Shown here: one piece after another, positions 57,535-64,000 of the stretch | How positions within the stretch are numbered: the first letter of the stretch is position 1 | Layout of the letters: each line of letters opens with the position of its first letter | Source: Octopus vulgaris | Taxonomy: Eukaryota | Assembly (NCBI GenBank): GCA_951406725.2 | Contig: OX597819.1 | Span: forward strand, 133,114,001 to 133,178,000 | Length of the DNA stretch: 64,000 nt | Reading direction: 5' to 3' | The notes under the pieces: model-generated | Told to the model about the DNA's origin: nothing | The model's database searches: none | The model's input: only the letters and a program-made list of their open reading frames with translations | Program-made: the position numbers and the translations under genes

Positions 57535-58108
57535 CATGAGCTCACAAACGTAAGCCAGAGTGCTTAGTTATATGTATTTGAAGAATAAAGAAAAATACAG
57601 CCATGTTGAATACCATAAAACATAAATTCGTAGAATTTTTTTATAGATATATATTTACATGTATACAAACATTTATGAACACACACACACATACACACAT
57701 ATATGCACACATGCACACAAGAATGTATGTATAACTGTATTTCTTGTTTTCTACCAATTTCTTGGTTGAAACTAAAACTATTTTAGTAAAACTATTTGAA
57801 ACTAAAACCATTTTGTACATTGAATTAAAGAGATCTTAGTATGAAAGCGATTATAAAGAGAATTACAAGAAAAAGTTAAATTGCGGTATAAAACCAGTTC
57901 CTAATTGATTTGGATATAAAATCAACAAACCTACACGCGCGTCAACATCGATAGACCAATAAAACAAGAGCAAGATTTATGTAGACCAATATTTCTAGGT
58001 CTTTGAGCTCATCAAAAATTCAATAGCATATTTTGTTTGAAGTCTTGGCAGAAACTTTAACGTTAGCTTACGTTAAATCTTACAATACGTTAACTAACTG
58101 ATGGCACA

Positions 58109-58142
<34 letters not shown>

Positions 58143-58688
58143 AATGCTCTCGCGCGTCATGCAATAGATTTTTGAGAAAAACCAGCGAAAATGAATGAAA
58201 ATGAAATTAGTCGACGCAAAAAATTAGTAAAGTGAAAGTAAAACAAGAAAATGAAAGCGAAATAAGCAGAAGGGAAGCCAGCCTAGAATTAGAGGTTGAC
58301 ATTAAAAAAGAAGCTTTTCAGTTAACCTCTAAATTTTCTGCGATAATAGAATCAATTTCACTCAAACTCGAAGAATGCATCACATTTATAAAAAAAAAAC
58401 TAAAAAAAACTTTATGTATGTAGTTGTTTGTTTTGCAGATTTATTTACAAGACTATTTCGTATTTCTTTTTCAGTCTATTTCCTCGCTTGAAATCAGTCC
58501 TTCAGATAATTTCTGAACAAGATCACTTTAACAAGGACTAAAAAGTATCGGTTTCCTGAGATTTCAGTTCCATAGCAAGGCCAAAACATGTAGACCTATT
58601 TAAAATGTTCTTACATGAATATTCGAACGTAGACGATGCATGCACATGCAAGCAGACACACGAACCTAAGTTTACAAGTTATTGGTTT

Positions 58689-58933
<245 letters not shown>

Positions 58934-58980
58934 TTAACTATGTATGTATCTCTGTGTGTGTGTCTGTCTCTTTCTTTCTC

Positions 58981-59011
<31 letters not shown>

Positions 59012-60217
59012 CTCTCCTCTCTCTCTCTATCTATCTATACTCATTCTCGACCACGCATACCTAACGTATAACCATAGCGCAACCGTTTGTTTGCCTGTAG
59101 GCTACGATTTGGTGTGGTGGTGATTAATCCCTCAAAGTGCAGGGTGTTAAAACATGAAAGTGAATTTTGTGACTTATCAACACTATGTACCCGAACGGAA
59201 TTGCAGGCGAATCGAACCCCCGGAGTGCGAATTACATGTTTAAAAAGTCACGTGCTCGTTTGCCCCGAAAATGAAATCCGTAAGAATAAATTCAATTGTG
59301 AAACATAAGCAGCGCTAGTGTGATAATGATCATCGACCAGACACACTTGACGCGCACGTTCGGTGTGTTTGCGAACGGCGTGGTGAAGGGAATTCCTTCA
59401 AAACGCCGGGGACTAAAACCCCTGAAAGTCGTGGACCAGCGAGACAACTCACTCGAAATCTGATACATGTCGTGAACCGGCGGTAGCAATCAGTAATGCC
59501 AACCACCTCGGCAGTATTTCGAAAATTGGTGGCATCCATTCTTTACATCATTCGCTTGCCATACAGATTTTGTAAGAAAGCTTCCCGAGAAATCTGTTAT
59601 GATGCCATATACTTCAGGGTGGGCATCAAACATGTTCTGTAGCTATCTCGTATAATACTCCACAATTTATATTTATAGATACTCATTGAAAATTACTTTG
59701 TATTCGAAAAAATATATCCTGACATCAGTGATGTTTTGGAAGGGTTAAGTTAGTGTCACCAAAATCAATTTTTTTATTGTAAAGAAAATCAATCACTTAT
59801 GAAAATCTATCAATAATCCTTATATTCATAAATATTCAAAAGTATTGTGATGTAATTATATGATTATTTGTTTGTTAAACGGAGAGACGAAAGGAATTTC
59901 ATGGAGTGTGCGGGTAAGAGAGAGTGAGAGAGAGGGGTGAGAGAGTGAAAGAGAGAGAGAGAGAGAGAGAAAAAGGAAAAGACAGGAAGAGGCAGAGAAA
60001 AATAAAAACATAGAGAGCGAGAGAGTGGAAGAGAGGAAGAGAGAGAAAGAAAGAGAGAAGAATTAGAAATATCTGATCAGCGTTCTTGTGGCTGTTTACG
60101 ACAGGCGTGACAAAGCGATATTAATCCATTCGATGAAGACGTGTTATATTCATCAAACAAACATCATTAACAGAGAGCAACTAATTACTGAACTTATTGA
60201 ATATATAACTCACATAT

Positions 60218-60945
<728 letters not shown>

Positions 60946-61627
60946 GTATGTCACCCTGAATAAATGTAGTTTAGACTACTTTCAAAAGGAACTGCTTCGG
61001 GTACAATTTGGCTTCTTGGGAGTTCTCTCAACCGATGCAGATTTGCAACACAGCAGCCGCTCAGTATTTCACTTCCAATGACGTGGAAAACTTCAAAATT
61101 GCAACAGATTTCTGTTATTCTGCGAATAAAAATACAAGAAAAGTGGAACTATGTCAATATCACTAAACAGCTACAACTCATACTGCACAACACTCACACA
61201 AAACGTAGAACTATAAAAATAGAGACATAGAGAGCAAAGCTTGAATTTGAATAAATTCCCTGAAACCTGTTCTTAGAAATTGCTCAAAACAAAATGAATT
61301 AATGAAACACGACTTTCATGTCATCAGCAAAAGATGATCTAGATCTATTACTGATTACGATTAACTCCAGTGTCAACTACAGCATGGACCACTGCAAAGG
61401 AATTTCTTAAAATATTACAAGTAGTGAAGCAATCTCAACAATCATTCATCATCGATCTACCGAACCGGAAGTTTCGAGCATTTACAGGATGCTGCAAAAA
61501 AAAAAAAAACCCGCAAAGGAAAGGGAAAAAAAATTACTTTCACTGTTCTTGATAAACATTTCACAGCGAAGTTGTACGCTGGTTGAAACCACAATGGCAA
61601 CTGAATAAAGAAAAAACCCATAAAACA

Positions 61628-61928
61628 TTGGAGTAAAGATTGTTTGCCAACATAACATGGTGGTCCTAGTTTAGGACGGATATTGCCGTAATTTAGCCCA
61701 GGAGACATCATCTCTAGCTGGCTGTACGACACGATCTGTGTCCTTATATTTTCGAACAAGGGAATCTAGCACCCCAACTCAGCGCAAAACAATATCTGTG
61801 TATCGCGATTTCCGGGTTACTTCCCTTCATCATCACAGAATAATTGAAGTCTCCTGGGGCTAAATTACGGCAACATTCGTCCTAAACCAGGACTGCCATG
61901 TTATGTTGGCAAACAATCTTTACTCCAA
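61628..61928. mobile_element. MITE-like element with ~80-bp imperfect terminal inverted repeats
   Basis: TTGGAGTAAAGATTGTTTGCCAACATAACATGG...AATTTAGCCCAGGAGAC and its reverse complement at about 61848-61928; no clear TSD. Confidence 0.6.
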
Positions 61929-62179
61929 AGTACTGTTGGTGAATATCTGTCGTTGTGAGATTTAAAAATAGTAATTTCCATAAAACATTGCCTAAGCAAA
62001 GTCCTCGTTACCCGCTGCCTAAATTTATAGGGCCCCATTGGTGCCCGAGTAAAAAAGGTCTTTTATTCCGTTGTACCCGAACAAGGTGACTTGAAATACT
62101 CTTTCAATAATCTAACATAGAACAAATTATAAGATTGTCTTCAAGATTGGAGCCAGAACATATTTTAGTTCAAAGTTTG

Positions 62180-62341
62180 AAACTAGGCCAGCAATTGAGG
62201 AGGAGGGTGTAAGTTCATTACATCGACCCCAGTGATGGGGGCGGGAGGTAAGTCCGTTACATCGACCCCTGTACTAAACAGGTACATGTTTTATCGACCC
62301 CCAAAGGATGAAAGACAAAATCGACGTCTGTGAATTTGAAA
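62180..62341 (-). mobile_element. degenerate SINE fragment with internal duplication
   Basis: TTACATCGACCCC occurs twice; TTATCGACCCCCAAAGGATGAAAGACAAAATCGAC matches the SINE body. Confidence 0.65.
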
Positions 62342-62362
62342 GGCGATCACATACACTGCATA

Positions 62363-62409
<47 letters not shown>

Positions 62410-64000
62410 GCACGCACACACACTGTATTTTGGGGCTGGGTAATATCCCGATGTTTTTATTATGCACTATTCAACCCTGGCTAAATTTATCATGAAATTT
62501 TATCATACGTAATCATCAACATGCACACACACAGACATGCATGTGTGTGTGTGTGTGTGTGCATACGTATATATAAGTAAATAATTATGAAAAACACAAC
62601 ATGTATTCGAAACCTAAGGGAAGAAGTGATTAAAATACAAATCTTTTAAAGCCTTGACTTTGAAACGTTAAACAGATGTAAGTAAAAAAAAATATTAAAA
62701 GTTGAAGAAACAACCTAATTTCTACAGCGAAACAAAGAAGTAAATTTAGGTATTTAGGTTCGATTATGAAACATGGAAAACATTGCATTAGAAATTCTTG
62801 AATAAATACTTGATGCTTTCATTTAAACAGTAGAAATGTAATACACGAAAACCAATTTATAATCTCAAATAATATAAAGCAATATTATTTTTTCTCGTAT
62901 GCTATTCTCGCTTCAAACGTTGAAGACAGATTTATGATGTCCTTTATATTAGATTAAAACAGTATTTAAGGTCACTTCGTCAATGCTCGATATTCCGAAA
63001 TTATTCTACGAGCAAGAGATTTGTTATTCGTTAAATCCTTTGATAAAATAATTTTTATTTTATTTTTCATGTTACAATGCTACAAATCTAATGGCATTTG
63101 CTATGACAATTGAAATATTTTATTCATAGAAAATACGAATTTCTATGAAATGCATCAAATCCTTCAACAAAAGTTGCTTTAATGCTAGTCTACGGTGCAT
63201 TATCTTGTTTGTTTGTAAACAAGATAAAATGAGGTTCGTAGATAGTGAGATCTGAGTTGTGTGCAGCTGTCATGGCAAAACTGAAAAGCCAGTCGAAGAT
63301 AAATGGTTATGTGTGCGCAGAAGTATTGTCACGCGATGCGATAGAATGGTTATGTAACATATATGCATTTATATAATTCTGTGATAAATAGAGAAAGGTG
63401 AAGCAATACAAGTTCTACGGGGGATAAATCGGATTCCGTAGCTGATATCTTTAGATGAAGTCTTACTCTTCAGACATTCATTAAAGTATTTGAGGACATG
63501 TAATGTATAAGAAAAGTGGGTGTACCGATAAGTTGTGGATGTCGGAAAAAAAAGGATTTTTGTTGTTCTGAAAAGAATAAATTCTTTATCAAGACAAAGA
63601 ATGTTCTATTTATTCTATTATGTAGTAGAAATAATTTGAAATTGTCAGTTTGTAAAAGAACAACATTACTGTATTATGAAGAACACATTTTCCACAAGTT
63701 TGGATGATTTATATATTCCAGATACAACCACGGATCACACGCTTTTCTATGCTTTATGTTCTACTTAATCTGAAATAACAAATCAAGTTTTATGTCTCAA
63801 GAAATATTTCTACTTTTATTCTCTTGAAAACCAGTGCATGTATGTATGTATGTATGTATGTATGTATGTATGTATGCATGTATGTATGTATGTATGTATG
63901 TATGAATATATGAGGAAAGACAACTCATAGCCACGACAAGCATTATATTAAAGACTGACAATGGAGGTAAACCCCCTCAATATCGGGCACAGCCAGATAA

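Noticed and set aside
59100-59747. piggyBac-like remnant (AGGG-TTAA end at 59740-59747)
   Set aside because: Only one candidate terminus and no convincing transposase motif.

Overview
AT-rich, microsatellite-dense eukaryotic DNA with no host protein-coding gene that I can support. The SINE/LINE repertoire suggests an Octopus-like cephalopod (inference). The window is mostly decayed transposons: two tandem R4/Dong-type restriction-like-endonuclease LINEs in an (AAT)n array (2.6-7.2 kb), a mariner, Penelope-like GIY-YIG fragments, RTE, CR1 and Tx1/L1-type LINEs, many tRNA-derived SINEs, a Helitron end and fold-back elements. Three signals stand out. (1) About 15 intact or degenerate type I hammerhead ribozyme motifs with palindromic stem III, mostly in short (TA)n-flanked non-coding modules. 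They include a 584-bp tandem retrozyme-like pair and a perfect 363-bp palindrome with a hammerhead on each strand. (2) A Tx1-type LINE whose 3' end abuts the same SINE-internal site at which a dimeric SINE carries a similar tail, suggesting SINE-targeted retrotransposition. (3) A candidate HDV-like ribozyme at the 5' end of a non-autonomous RTE-derived element. All calls are by eye; no database searches or folding programs were run.
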